This document shows, one piece after another, positions 42,608 through 56,300 of a stretch of 64,000 nt of DNA. The notes under the pieces were generated by a model that worked only from the letters and a program-made list of their open reading frames with translations, had not been told where the DNA came from and made no database searches. The stretch covers positions 15,254,001 to 15,318,000 of the forward strand of contig OZ076409.1 of the NCBI GenBank assembly GCA_964187785.1, read 5' to 3'. The stretch is from Amphiscolops sp. MND2022. Taxonomy: Eukaryota. Made by a program: the position numbers and the translations under genes. Numbering within the stretch: position 1 is the stretch's first letter; every line of letters begins with the position of its first letter.

Positions 42608-43394
42608 TGTAACGGCTGCTTGATCCCTTCACTTGACCAAACTTTACGCCGCCCTGAGTTCGGTGATCGGCACTGCGGATCGTTTCCGAACAGTGCTTGC
42701 TTCTTTTATTGAAAGGACTCTATCTTGACTTAGTAGGATCTAATGATCTCGAATTGCACTTCTTCCTTGTCTCTTAACACGTCCAAATCTCCACAAGTTG
42801 AGAGTAACTAACTTAGTCGTCCCAAGTCTTTGGCGAAAAGACGAAAAGAGGTGAAGAAATGAATTGAGAAAATGTGTTGTCTCGAGACCCGACTTTAATA
42901 CAGCTTTCCAATCAAGTTGTGCCCATCTAGTAATAGTATACATATCGTTTACAAATATTCGATAAATATGAGTTGAAATATGAAGTATAAAAAATGACAT
43001 TTAAAGCATAATATGAAGTTATTGGCTAAGTAAACAAACTATATGGTGGTTCTGACATGATTTTTAGGTAGACTAGAAAGTGTATAACAGTGTTTACATT
43101 TTTGGGACAATGACCTTGTATATCGCACATGCGAAGGGTAAAGGGGTTATAGTGGGTGAATGACCTTGAAAATTAGCCGATGTGTCCATGTTAGGTCGTT
43201 GCATATGTGTGCCAAGTTTCGTGGCTCTACGATTTTTAGTTGTCGAGAAAATCCCAACAGGGGGGAGGTTTCCATTTGGTCCACCTTGACTTTTCATCGA
43301 AATTTCATCTAAGTTATAAGGTGTTTAAGTTCTTGTTTCTCAACTAGCATGTTCCAAATCGAATTTCTCTGCTTTCTGATGACTAGCGCCAACA
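42608..43394 (-). repeat. BEL 3' LTR
   Basis: Direct repeat of 50105-50952 with a ~60-bp deletion; the pol ORF ends inside it. Confidence 0.92.
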
Positions 43395-46300
43395 TTGCCG
43401 GCCCTGTTTTTCTCCCGAAAAACACTTTCAAAGAACAGGGGTGTCAGTTCCACTACTGGTATTTTGAATTCGCCAGCTTTTGTCTTAGCTTTTGATCTGA
43501 CACTGCAATCGCTTCCTTCTTGTACTTCGAATACTCTCGCCATCTTGTTTTTAGACTGCTTCACATTTTCATCCACAACCCAAACCAAATCATTTACTCT
43601 GAGTTGCCTCACACAATCTTTGTTCCATTTATTACGCACGTTCCATTCCGAGAGATATTCCATTCCATTCCGTTCCATGGTCCAGATCATATCTGAATAT
43701 GCTTGCGACACTCTGAATACGCGTCTCAAGTCCGTGTAGCGTTGAGCATCTGTTTGGAAAGGTGTCGCTAAATTTGCTCTTCCCAATAAGAAATGATTTG
43801 GTGTCAAAGCTTTCAGGTCATCTGAATCGTCACTAACACTTGTCAGTGGTCTAGCGTTCAACGTCTGCTCTACTAAGCACATAGTTGTTATGAGAACGTC
43901 GTCTCTCAAGGATCGTCCATCGAGTACAGCTATCATAGCTTTTTTACAACTTCGAACCAATCGTTTCCAGATTCCTCCAAAATGAGGGGCTCCAGGAGGG
44001 TTGAAATTCCACTTGTCATCCTTTTGAGCTAGAGACGTCTCAAAGGCTCACTGATTCCATGCATTTATACAATCTCTCATTTCGTTGGCTGCACCCACAA
44101 AGTTCGTCCCATTATTGCTCAAAATTGTAGCAGGTTTGCCTCTCTGGGCAATAAACCGTGTGATAGCAGTTAAGCAGGTTTCTGCTTTCAAAGATCGGAC
44201 AACTTCGATGTGTACTGCTCTAGTCGTCAAACAGGTGAAGAGACAGCACCATCTCTTCATAGTCTTGCGCATAAATTTAACTTCAAACGGACCAAAATAT
44301 TCAACTCCAGTGTTGGTGTAGGAGAACACTCGTTCCTGCAATCTTTCTCGTGGTAAATCAGCCATAAATGGTTGACACACTCCCGCTTGTTACTTTCTAC
44401 ATTTAACACATTTCGCTTTGACGCTTCTCAGGGCGTTTCGCAATCCAATATTCCAGTATTCTTGAGTTAGAACTCTTCTGACGTATTCTGTGTCTTCATG
44501 AAATTTTGTTTGATGTGTATCTTCAATCAACTTGATGACAACATAATGCTTTGTTGACAACACGATTGGGTGTTTGATTACATAACTTGACTTTGAATGT
44601 TGCAGTCGACCTTGTAGTCGTAGCAAACCATTTTCGTCCAGAAACGGCGATAATTTATTCAACTGATCTGAAACCGACAACGGCTGCCTTTTGGAGATCT
44701 TCTCGAGGGCATCATGAAAACTTTCCTGCTGACAACGCTTCAAAATTGCCAGTTTTGCCGCATTGAGTTCTTCAACTGCCAGAATTCCTTCGAATTTCTT
44801 TTCCCTCCATCTAAGGCAGTATGACAGCACTCGAATCGTTTTCTTGAAAGACCCAAATCTTTCCCTTTTGAATGCGGGTTCCATTACCGCAGCTTCCATG
44901 ACTGGTTCAGGCTCTTCTCGTATGCTAAATTGCAATTTTTCAGTCACCTTAGGCCAGGCGTCTTCTGTCTCGGTGAGTCACGCCGGCCCTGTGAGCCACT
45001 CACTTTCACTTTTTTCAACTGTCGTTCCTCGAGTTCCAATGTCAGCAGGATTCAGTTTTGCTTCACGATGCCGCCATAGTTGAATTTTCGAGATTTTCAG
45101 CAACGCGGTTTGCCACAAAGACCAGTTGTTTGTTGTTGCTTGCTTGAAGCCATTGTAGGACCGTTGTTGAATCTGTCCAATGTATAATTCGGTCTAATTC
45201 AATATCCAAATTCAATTCCAAAACAAGCTCTCGCAGTCCTACTCCAAAAACTGCTGCCTGCATGCATCTCCAACTTAGCCACTGTCATGTTTCGTATTGA
45301 GGCTAACTCTACATTTTCCGATCACAAAAGCGATTTCGCCATTTTCTTGCTTTCTCAAATAAGCAACCATACGCATTGCTTCCAACGAAGCGTCTGAGAA
45401 GACATGTAGATCTGCTTTGTTCACACCTGACTCAAAATATGTTCTTTTGAGTGGCATTTGGTTCACATGTATCATCTCTGATGCCCATCTCTTGAATTCA
45501 TGTCGATTTTTTTCATTCAGTTCTTTATCCCACGACTCTCCGTTCTCCTTCCATATCATTTTCAGTAGCAGTCGCTTTCTTATGGTGAAAGGAGACACTA
45601 TTCCCAGAGGGTCGAATACAGCTGAAACATGAGATAACACCGCCCTCTGCGTTATCTTCACCGGTATCTCTTTCTGCATGCCTCTACAGACTTCCAGATT
45701 GTCTGCGTCAACGTTCCATTGCAGTCCGACAATTGATGGAGAAGTCGGCTCAGCTTCAAAGGTTTTACTACAAAACGGTGACTTGTCTGCTTGGTCGATA
45801 TACATCATAGTCTGTTCGCAGTTGCTAATCCATTTTGTTAAGTGAAAGCGTCCCGTTGCCAACATCGCTCTTAACAATTTGTAGATTTCAATAGCCTGCT
45901 CCACAATGGGAACAGACTTGACAAAGTCATCCATATAGATGGTTCGCCTTATCAGTTTGGTAATACATGGGGACTCCTGTGTGCTATCTCTTGCAACTTG
46001 TTGCAGTGCATAATTGGCGCAAGTTTTGACTCCGAAGATATGTCTTCCATATTCATACACATTTACGGGTTCGTTTGGATTGTCTCTCCATAGAAATTTC
46101 AACACTTTACAATCTTCTGGTGGTACTTTCACTCGGAGGAAAAATAGCTGCAATGTTAGCAGTGATGGCGATCTTTTGTTCTCTAAACCTGAAGAATGTT
46201 CCAATCAGATTCTGCAGTAGGTCCGGCCCTGTCAAGAGGTTATCGTTCAGGGAAACTCAACGGAAGTTTGATGCTGCGTTGCATACTCGCCTCACCTTTC

Positions 46301-49300
46301 CTGTTTTTTTTTGGAGTTTTTACTGGGTGATGTGGAACATACCACTGTCTTTCCAATTTTGTAGCTTCTAACTCTTCTTGATTCAGGATTCTGACGAATC
46401 CCTTTTCAACATCTTCTTTGATAGAGTCTTGATAGAGTGTCTTCAACTCCGGTTTCTTTTCAAGTCTATACTCCAACGATTTCAAATGGCTCAATGCAGA
46501 AGAGTAATTGTTCGGCAAGATGGGGTCATTCCTTTTCCAGAGAAGGCCAACTTCGAATCTTTCACCATCAAACTTTGTGGTTTGTTCTAGCATCTGCAAC
46601 GCTTTCTAATCGTCCCTGGACCTTCGAGATACATCACAACGGGATGCATAGGCTTCAATGTCCCACCAAGTTTTAATCTGTTCTGCCAACACGTCATCTT
46701 CAGAAGCTGTTACGCAAGATGCAGGCATCTGCACATCTTCTTGCTGTGAAAGTGGTCCACAGAGAGTCCATCCAAGTTTCGTTTTCACTGCCCACGTCTC
46801 ATCATTCGTGCCGCTTTTATATTCTTCAGGCCAATGTATATGTTAGAAAATCTGTCCCAATATCCTTTTTACATCTTTGAGTTTCAATGTTTCTTCGCTT
46901 AGCACTGACAAATGAGGATAGGCATATTTGAGCTCCCGATAGTCGTATATCTTTGATCCGACGTCTATGTTTGCGTGCGTGTAGACTGTCATGTGATGTG
47001 TGTTGCTCCTTGCCTTCCCACGAATTCCCACGGTGGGTCGTTCACATTTCACTTCATTTGTCCCATGCATTCCAGCCACACTCAGATCAACTTATTGACC
47101 GTGAGCATTTAATTTGTCAGCTAATTCCTTGTTTATGAACGATAGGCTCGCTCCAGAGTCACACAGCGCCAAAGTTGATTCTTGTTTTTTCCCAATTTGC
47201 ACGATGACGGGTACAACAGGCAGTATTCCACGGCTTTTCAGCAAGCAAAATGCTGAATTTGCCTCCGTTTTCTGCTGTGGGTCTTCCGATCCACTTTCTT
47301 TCTGCCGTTCATTCGCCTCGCGATGTAGCAATCGATGATGCCGCCTGCTACTACTTTTGACTCCACACGCTTTGTAAGTGAAATCTTTCACCACATGTTT
47401 TCGAGCCAAGCAACCAAAGCAGAAATTCAATTCGTTGGCTTTTTCATATCGTGCTTGACAAGTCATCTTCAGAAACTTCTCGCATTTCCCCAAAGGACGT
47501 TTACCATCTTTCAATGGACAATCATGACCAGTCTTCTTGTTGGGGCTATCGTCAGCAAAGGTTGAGAACGTAGAGTGGTTTGGCTTATCTTTACGTGTCC
47601 ATTTCGATTTGTCTGCGTTGGAATTGCCTGTCATGAGAACATCTTGCTTCATTGCTGCTATCTCTTGCAACCATGCGTTGAACGCTTCCAGCCTCATGTA
47701 GTAGCTGGCATTTTGTCTCGTGTAAGTCAGCTATTTTGTTTTCATGTTCAATGGCGGTTTTCTGGTCGCACTACTCAGGACGTCTTCTGACTGCAAGTCT
47801 CCAACATAGTTCATCTGCGTCAGAACTTGTACAAAACTTTAAACTATTCTTGAGTATTAGACCAATGCTACAGAGTGGTACGCTTTCACTAGTGGAAAGG
47901 TGTAAATTCGTCTCCGTTGTGCGTTAGCTACAACTTGTGGTCTCGCAAAGTGCGCACTCAAGGTATTCCACGCAACATCATACAAGTCTCCAGTGTAGCC
48001 TAGTCCAGCTATTACTTCCTTTGCCTTTCCAGTGACCAGCGTTTTGAGGTGATTCATCTTCAGACTTGTGTCAATGTCCGCAGTATGTACAGTCGAGAGG
48101 AACAACCCTGACCACTCGGGCCATTCCAATGGGTCACCTGAGAATTCTGCTAACTTCAGTTTTGGGAGACGGGCTGGTAGACTCATGTTTTCAATACTTG
48201 TGGGTCCGAAATGACTATGTGGGGGTGCAGTGAGGCTAACAGGGGGTGAAACATGTGGCGTTACCGTACCATTTCTCACATTGTTATTCGCTGTTGGCTG
48301 ATTCGGAAGTAAATCATTTCCAAACTGAACATGTTGTGGCGCAGCCCTCTTCAGCGTTACATGAGCTACCTTCGGGACAAAGAGATTACCCGAGTTGCCC
48401 ACGTTTGCTACTGTTGGCTGTGCCATCTTACCAGCTGGTTGAAACAACTTCGTTGTATGCGGCAATGCACCAGGTTGTTGTTGCATGGGTACGCTGGCTA
48501 GGGCGATTCTGCATACATCATTCCCATTCTTCGTTAACTTATCATCAACTTCGATTTGATCAAGCCAAGAAGGTACCTTTTCAAACGAATCGCAATAGAT
48601 GGGTACTGGGGAGCAACTTGTATTTGCTCGGCTACTTCCCGCTTGAGCTATTTCTTTTTCCTTTTCTGAGATTTGTAAGCCTCTTGCCTTTTCCTCTTGG
48701 AGTTTAGCGCATTCTCTAGTTCGTCTGTGGGTTTATCCATTTCCTCATGTTTCTTTCGGATTTCTTTGCAGCTAGTTGTTCATCAATTTCTTCTTGTTTC
48801 TTCATTGCTTCCAGTTCTAGGAGCATCACTTGCTTTGTAGTAGTTGACTTCGAACTAACTGATGTTCAGTTGCCTCTTGAATGTGCCTTGCTTGCACACT
48901 GATCTCTTTCTTCAGGTAGCGAATTCACCTCATTACCACAACGATTCACAAAGGAATAGGGTCCATCGGTACCTTGTGCCACTTCTTCATTCGCATTCTT
49001 CTGAGGAGAAGTGTCGCGGGACTTTAGTTGTTGCTCTTGCTAATTCACCCTAGCACGGCCATGATTCCCTCCATACGATGCAACTCACTGTAGATTGAAG
49101 TATCTCCACTGTCTTTCAACAACTCATCCAACTCGGCCACAATTTTATCTCTCCTTTTGAGAGTTTCTTCGTTTGTTTCTACCAATGCTTTGTAATCCTC
49201 TGAGTTGCAAAGAGTTTCCCGATTTTTATTGATTTCATCTCCGTTTTTTTGAAACATTTCATCACATTTCTCTTTGGAGTTTTGAAGTTGTAGGAACTCC

Positions 49301-50104
49301 TTCAACTGTCCATCATTCTTTAGGCTCCTCATCATTGTGAGCACCTGACCAATGTTTTTATGTCGTGTTTCCAAGGAATCTAATTCATTCCGATATTTGC
49401 AGAATCGGTCGGCTTTACTATCCGACCATTCTGGCTGATACTTGGCTTTCAAGAGTGCTGTGTTCGCCGCGACGAGTCTCTTCCATCTGGGCAGTAGGTC
49501 TTGTCGGCTCGGTAGAAGGTCTGCGAGTTTCTCCTTCGTCACGTCTGCTTTGCGTAGCTCAGCATGTATTTCATCCATTTTTGTCTCAAAGTTTTGAATT
49601 GCTCTCATGTTGCTCTCCCATTGTGGCTTGTCCATAGAACTCTTGAAATGGTTTTCAATTCTTTTGTAATCAATTTTCTTAGGTTCAGCCGTTTTGAACT
49701 AGCTCAAAACCCCAGAGTACACTAAAAGAACCAAAGAGTCCACATTTTGCTGTGAATACAATTCTCAACAAGCCGATGAAGTTGCCCAAAACCCCAGTGT
49801 ACACTATATACCCAAGAGCTCCAGTAATACCACTTCTAATACAATATCCCAGAGCCTGCAGAAGTAGCCCAAACCCCATAGTACACTAAACACAGAGGAG
49901 AGCCCAGATGTGACCACTTTGCTGCACACACAGTTTTGCAAAGATCACCACCAGTCGTCGTTCACTGTACACGTTCACTTGTTGGCACGGTGCTTGTCTG
50001 GCTGTGTAGCAATCAGACAATCTTCCAGTTGTCCGTCCAAATGATGATGTCCGCGCAATTGATTATGTCTGCCCAATTGATGATGTCCGGGTCGGCGGAC
50101 CAAA

Positions 50105-50952
50105 TGTAACGGCTGCTTGATCCCTTCACTTGACCAAACTTTACGCCGCCCTGAATTCGGTGCTCGGCACTGCGGATCGTTACCGAACACTGCTTGCTTA
50201 GATTAAAAGGACTGTATCTTGACTTAATAGGATCCAATGATCCCGAATTGCTTTTCTTCCTTGTCTCTTAACACGTCCAACTCTCCACAAGTTGAGATAA
50301 ACTAACTTAGTTGCCCCAAAGTCTTTGGCGAAAAGTCGAAAGGTTGTGAAGAAATGAATTGAGAATATGCGTGGTCCTGAGACCCGACTTTAATACATCT
50401 TTCCAATCAATTTGTGCCTATCTAATAATGGTATACATATTGTTTACAATTATTCGATAAATAGGAGTTGAAATATGAGGTATAAATAAATGACATTTAA
50501 AGCATAATATGAAGTTGTTGGCTAAGTAAACAAACTATGTGGTGGTTCTGACATGATTATAAGGTAAGCTAGAAAGTATGTTTACACTATATAAAGATCA
50601 TTAATTTCAACAGAGTTACATTCTAATGTGGTCATATAGATAAATAACAGTGTTTACATTTTTGGCACAATGACGTTGAATATCGCACAAGTGAAGGGTA
50701 AAGGGGGTTAAATTGGGTGAGTGACCTTGAAATTTAGCCGGTTTGTCCGTGTTAGGTCGTTGCATATGTGTGCCAAGTTTCGTGGCTCTACGACTTTTAG
50801 TTGTCGAGAAAATCCCGACTGGGAGGTTTCGAGTTGCTCCCCCTTGACTTTTCATCAAAATTGCATCTAAGGTTAAAAGTGTTTAAGTTCTTGTTTCTCA
50901 ACTAGCATGTTCCAAATCGAGTTTCTCTGCTTTCTGATGACTGGCGTCAACA
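50105..50952 (-). repeat. BEL 5' LTR
   Basis: Direct repeat of 42608-43394, followed on the minus strand by the PBS. Confidence 0.92.
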
Positions 50953-51008
50953 AGCCTGTTTTGTACTTGGATGGGAGACCGCTTGCGAACACCAGGTGTT
51001 GTAACCTT
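50953..51008 (+). pseudogene. 3' part of the split 5S rRNA gene
   Basis: GTACTTGGATGGGAGACCGCTTGCGAACACCAGGTGTTGTAACCTTTT. Confidence 0.88.
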
Positions 51009-51189
51009 TTCTGTCAAAAACGTGGTTTAACTTCTGTGACAGTTCTTCAAAATGGGTCAAAGTGAAAAGATTGCAGAAAACAGACAACGCCATTGGAAAG
51101 AATGTTCAAAAACCCCCCTGCTAAAGTTTTTTACGCTATCAATTGAATATTCCTTGAGTTAGATTTTTTTTAAACTCTAAATCTTCACG

Positions 51190-52805
51190 TATTCACTTGT
51201 TCAGCATCTTTTCAGTTGATAAGTGATTCCAACGCCCTTTTAACCCCTGTCGTGGAACAAAAAGAGAGCCATCTCCTGCTACGACGCTCGCTGGGTAAGG
51301 GGTTTTTGCACTATTCTGCTCGTGTGTGGTTGACCAAAGCAAGTTTTCCTAAAAAAGTGAGAGCATTGTCCCCCAATTTGGCCTGAGGACCAAATTGAAG
51401 CTTCCTTGGCTGGTAGCAGTCCTCAAAAAGCTATCAGTTTTAACGACGTTTCATGACCGTGTAAAGCGTTGCTTGCTCGTTTTACTCTAAACACGATTCA
51501 ACTTTTTCTGCCCCTTTGATGCTCTTGAAGCTATGTAATCCTCCGCCCTATTTACTTCGTTACCGGTTTACCTATTCATTATCGAGAGAAAACGTTGAAA
51601 AGAAAGACAAAATATCCAAAAAACCGCAAGACAAAAACAAAATATGTCAACTCTCTTCAAGAACTTTCACTGGACGGAATCGATGAAAACTCAACGGAGA
51701 ATCGATCTGAAAAACTTCCTGAACCAATCGCGATCCACCAAAAAGTTGAGAAAACCAAAATCTTGAAGCAATGAATTTTAGCAGATTAGTAACGAACAAG
51801 AATTACGAGCTTAAACACGAAGATGTTCAACAGTCTTAAAAATGAAAATTGTTCCCCGTTGAGGAAAGGCTTTTTTACCGATAGCGCTGCTCTGAAAACG
51901 AATTGAAAAGTCATACAAAGACATCCTCAGTGTCTTCCATCCCCAGCACAGCGAAATGATTACCATTTCGAGAATAACCAAGAAATTCGAAGAAAAAATC
52001 CACAAGTTTTACAAGTAATCGCCCCAGTCGAAGCAGAAGAAGACGTTGCGCGCATTAAATTAAATGAACTGAAAAACATGAATCAGACCGTCCCCTTGAC
52101 AGCTAAAGATACGTGGATGGTGAACAAGGTGCACGACATCAGAATAAACAACCTGCCAGCACTTTGCGACGATAACCAGCTAATAGAACTACTGCAGATC
52201 CCAGACTTTGCGGAGCTAGGTGAAATCCAACGAGAACGACAAAGGACGTAACAAAGAGGAACGAGAGCGCTGAGAAATTTGGTCGAAGTCAAGTGCATTT
52301 TCAGACAGCGTTTTCGGGTGCGAGCTTCCATTTTTTGCCAGCATTCCTGCTCTGTATCAATGCCAAAAAAATAAAGACGAGAAGAAGCAACGCTACAGAG
52401 AACACAATTATGACTGATGTAGAATTAACCGAAAGCGGAAACGGAATATGAGGAAAAGAATTTACGAAGTGCGGAGGATGGAAAAAGCAGCACTCATACA
52501 GACTCTTCAAATAGGTCTGATACAGAAGATGAAGAGCGAAAAAAGCAACTGCAGGCCCAATAACGACAAACATGGAGCAAGACATGGGTACTTGTGATTG
52601 GAAAACAGTAACTACAAGGTTACGGATTGGAATTGAAGTGCAACTGAAGAAAAATCGAGGACCAACTCCTCCATCAGGAACCGCAAATGTAGAAAGCGAA
52701 AAAAATCTAGAAACAAACAAAAAAACTCTCGAAAGAAGTCAATGGAGGTGCCTCAATGAAACCTGTCACATTAAAACATTGAACCTGTCACATTGAATCC
52801 TCAAT
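51190..52805 (+). mobile_element. Decayed ORF1-like (gag-like) non-LTR element at the strand-switch point of the array
   Basis: IRINNLPALCDDNQLIELLQIP..GEIQRE (~52140-52235); repeated 3' tail (AACCTGTCACATT x2). The 5' boundary is approximate and no TSD was found. Confidence 0.45.
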
Positions 52806-52827
52806 TAAACCACATTTCTGACAAAAA

Positions 52828-52946
52828 AGGCTACAACACCTGGTGTTCCCAAGCGGTCTCCCATCCGAGTACTAACCAGGCCTTATGTTGTTTAACTTCG
52901 CTGATCGGACGAGAACCGGTGCATTCAACATGGCATGGTCGTACCC
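52828..52946 (-). rRNA. 5S rRNA
   Basis: 119 nt, near-consensus, oligo-T terminator. Confidence 0.95.
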
Positions 52947-53044
52947 GATCGTTGTAGAATCAAGTAGCTTCATATGCTTAACAACAAAATTACGTACAAT
53001 GATAGGAAAATTTTCTCAGTCAAAATACGCGTAACTTTCAAGTT

Positions 53045-53166
53045 AATGCAGACTAAATTGTTGCTTGTTCAAAAATTGGGCAGCAGTCCACTTTCGCAGT
53101 CTGCTTTCAAGTAAAACTATCAATAGGGTTGGAATACTTACCTATTTATTAAGTTTGTCACAACAA
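53045..53166 (-). ncRNA. Putative SL RNA gene (nt 8 onward; nt 1-7 displaced to 59352-59358 by the Helitron)
   Basis: Exon part 53166-53142, GTAAGT 53141-53136, stem GCAGAC/GGACTGC, canonical Sm site AATTTTTGA 53077-53069. Confidence 0.78.
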
Positions 53167-53334
53167 TCATGTACATTTAAAAAGGGAGGCCGAACAAATT
53201 CGCTGATTGGTTGAGATACGCTCGGTGATACGCGCTGCTGCAATACAGTTCAAAAGAAGATTCCGAGATGAGCTGTGAGAAAATGTGTTGCTGAATTTCG
53301 AAATAGACGTTTCAGAATCTCCAACTCTCATCAA

Positions 53335-56300
53335 CAGTGGATATCGTAGAGGTTGCGTGTTAGACTCTCAAACCAAAATCTTGAGTTTGATTCTCGCCAT
53401 CGATCTTTTTTCAAAAAACGTCAGCATGAACAGTCTTTTAAAGCGTGAACAGACTTTGGCCTTTCTTTTCCTGGATCACTCAAACGTCAAGACTGTCAAT
53501 GCTTTTAGAAACCAAAATCCGTGTGTTGTCGGAAAAGAGGCGTCCACTATCATGGAGTTTGAATCAACAACCGATAGCGTAGAGGTTGCGTATCAGATTC
53601 TCATTCCAGTGTCTTGAGTTCGAATCCCTCTGTCAACATGTTTTCCAAAGTTTTACTTCTGATTTTGTAATGCTAAGTTCACTATCACATAGCTGCAATC
53701 AACTGTGGATGGTGCAGAGGTCGTGTAACTATCTTTTAAACAGCGTGAACAGTCTTTTAAAAGCATTGGTGTTCGTCTTTTTTCTTAATGGTGCGCTTGC
53801 AACTACTGTTCAGCAAGAGATCGTGGCCTAGAGGTTGCGTTGGTTGTCAGGTTCGTCGGGTGTTATTCTGGTAGCTTTGGGTTCGGTCCCCGGAAATGAC
53901 ATGGTTCAGCACTTGAATTGATAGTGTTATGGCTTAAACCCAACTTGATTGTTCATTTCGACACATACCGTATAGAGGACTCTAAGTTCGTTCATTATTC
54001 GAATACGAATGCTTACTTTTGGAAGCGGCAAAATTTTTAACATAAAGATTTTTGAACTCCTTCCAATAACGTTGTCCATTTTTTCACATCTTTTCAACAG
54101 TCAATGGCGTAGTGGTTGCGCGTTTGATTTCCATTCCAATGTCTTGAGTTCGATTCCCTCAGTCTTTTTGTGAAAATTTGTTAGCGTGGACAGTCGTTCA
54201 AAAGCACTGGAATATTCCATTTTCTTAAAAGTGCGCCTAAAACCACTGTTTCGCAAGATATCGTGGCCTAGAGGTTGCGTTGGTGGTTAGATTTGGTATA
54301 GCGTTTTCTGGTATCTTTGGGTTCGGTCCTCTGGGAAGGAATTTGTTCCGCACTTGAATTGATAGAGTGTTTTTGCTTACACCCAACTTAGTTGTTTAGT
54401 TCGACAAATACCGAATATAGCATTCTGAATTCGTCCAAAATTTGAATTAGAATGCTTACTTTGGAAGCGGCAAATTTTTCAACATAGGGATTTTTGGACT
54501 CTTTCCAATAACGTTGTACATTTTTTCACATTTTTTCAACAGTTAATGGCGTAGTGGTTGCGTGTTGAATTTCCAGTCCATTGTCTTGAGTTCGATTCCC
54601 TCAATCAATGTTTTCAAAACGCTGTCAGCGTGGACAGTCTTTCAAAAGCGCTGGAATTTTCTTATCTCTTAGTAGTGCGCCTAAAACCACTGTTCCGCCA
54701 GATATCGTGGCCCGAAATTGTTTACGTTGGTGGATAGGGTCGTTAGAGTTTTTTTCAACAGTTAATGGCGTAGTGGTTGCGTGTTAGATTTCCATTCCAA
54801 TGTCTTGAGATCGATTCCCTCAATCAAAACTTCTTTAAAAACGTTGTCAGCGTGGACAGTCTTTCAAAAGCACTGGATTCTTCCTAACTCTTAGTGGTGC
54901 GCCTAAAACCACTGTTTCGCAAGATATTATGGCCTAGTGGTTTTCGTTGGTGGTTAGGTTTGGTATAGCGCTGTTCTGGTATCTTTGGGTTCGGTCCCCG
55001 GGGATGGAACTTGTTCCGCACTTGAATTGATAGAGTGTTATTGCTTACACACAACGTGGTTGTTTACTTCGACACATACCGAATATAGCATTCTGAATTC
55101 GTCCAAAATTTGAATTGGAAGCGGCAAAATTTTCAACATAGGGATTTTTGGACTCTTTCCAATAACGTTGTACATTTTTTCACATCTTTTCAACAGTCAA
55201 TGGCGTAGTGGTTGCGTGTTAATTTTCCAGTCCATTGTCTTGAGTTCGATTCCCTCAATCAATTTTTTAAAACGCTGTCAGCGTGGACAGTCTTTCAAAA
55301 GCGCTGGAATTTTCTTCTCTTAGTAGTGCGCCTAAAACCACTGTTCCGCAAGATATCGTGGCCTGAATTTATTTACGTTGGTGGATAGGATCGTTAAAGT
55401 TTTTATGTGTTTGTTGTCTAGCTTTGTCTTTTTCGAAGGCCATTGAAATCCATGAACTGCGTGTTTTCAGGTGAGATGTCCACCATCATCAACCGAGAGC
55501 GTAGAGGTTGCGTACTAGCCTCTCATTTCGATGTCTTGAGTTCGATTCTCTCTATCAACTTTGTTTTTCAAACTTCTAATTCCCTCACCTAATGGTAAGT
55601 TCACTATCACGTAGCTGCAACCAACAGTGGACGGTGCAGAGGTCGTGTACTAGGCTCTCATAACAACTGCTTGAGTTCGAAACCCTTTGTCAACTTTTGT
55701 TTTGCAACGAATGCGATTGTGATTCTGCAACATTGTCACCGAAGTTAAACCACGTTTTTTGATAAAATCGAAAAACCACAAATTTATAACAACATTAATT
55801 AACGACAAATGCAGATAACATTCATTGGAACGCAACATGAACTACAACATGGACGTTTTCGCGGACGACTTTTCTAAAGGCTGTGTCTTTTTTTCCAACT
55901 TTTCACATTGATCCACTTTGCAACACTGTCACCGAAGCTAAACCTCACTTTGTGACGAAGTGCATATAAGGAATAACACAGTGAAGATCCCAAAGAACGC
56001 GGCAAAACTTTCATCGTGGGGGTTTTTTGAACGCTTTTTCCAGTGGTGCTCTTCAATTTTTCACATCTTTTCATATTGACCCACTTTGCAAAACTGTCAC
56101 CAAAGTTAAACCACGTTTCTTGACAAAAAAGCTACAACAGCGTGGGAGTTTCAGTGGACGCTCTCTCTGAAGCTGTTGTCTATTGTGTTGCATCTTTTGA
56201 ACTTGACTAAGTTTCAAAGTAAGTTGAAACCTGTTGTGTTCACTATCATACATCATGTATTTGGAATCAAGAGTCAATGGTGCAGAGGTTGTGTACTAGG

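Larger units (their letters stand above)
42608..50952 (-). mobile_element. Full-length, decayed BEL/Pao LTR retrotransposon
   Basis: LTRs 42608-43394 and 50105-50952 (TGT..ACA); PBS TGGTCCGCCGACCCGGA (tRNA-Tyr-like); purine-rich tract at 43395-43417. Gag PKLKLAEFSGDPLEW with zinc knuckles, protease LCDSGAS, RT YMDD, RNase H LHVFSDAS, integrase GVEYFGPF / LTPNHFLLG; 5-bp TSD GGTCT/AGCCT. Confidence 0.95.
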
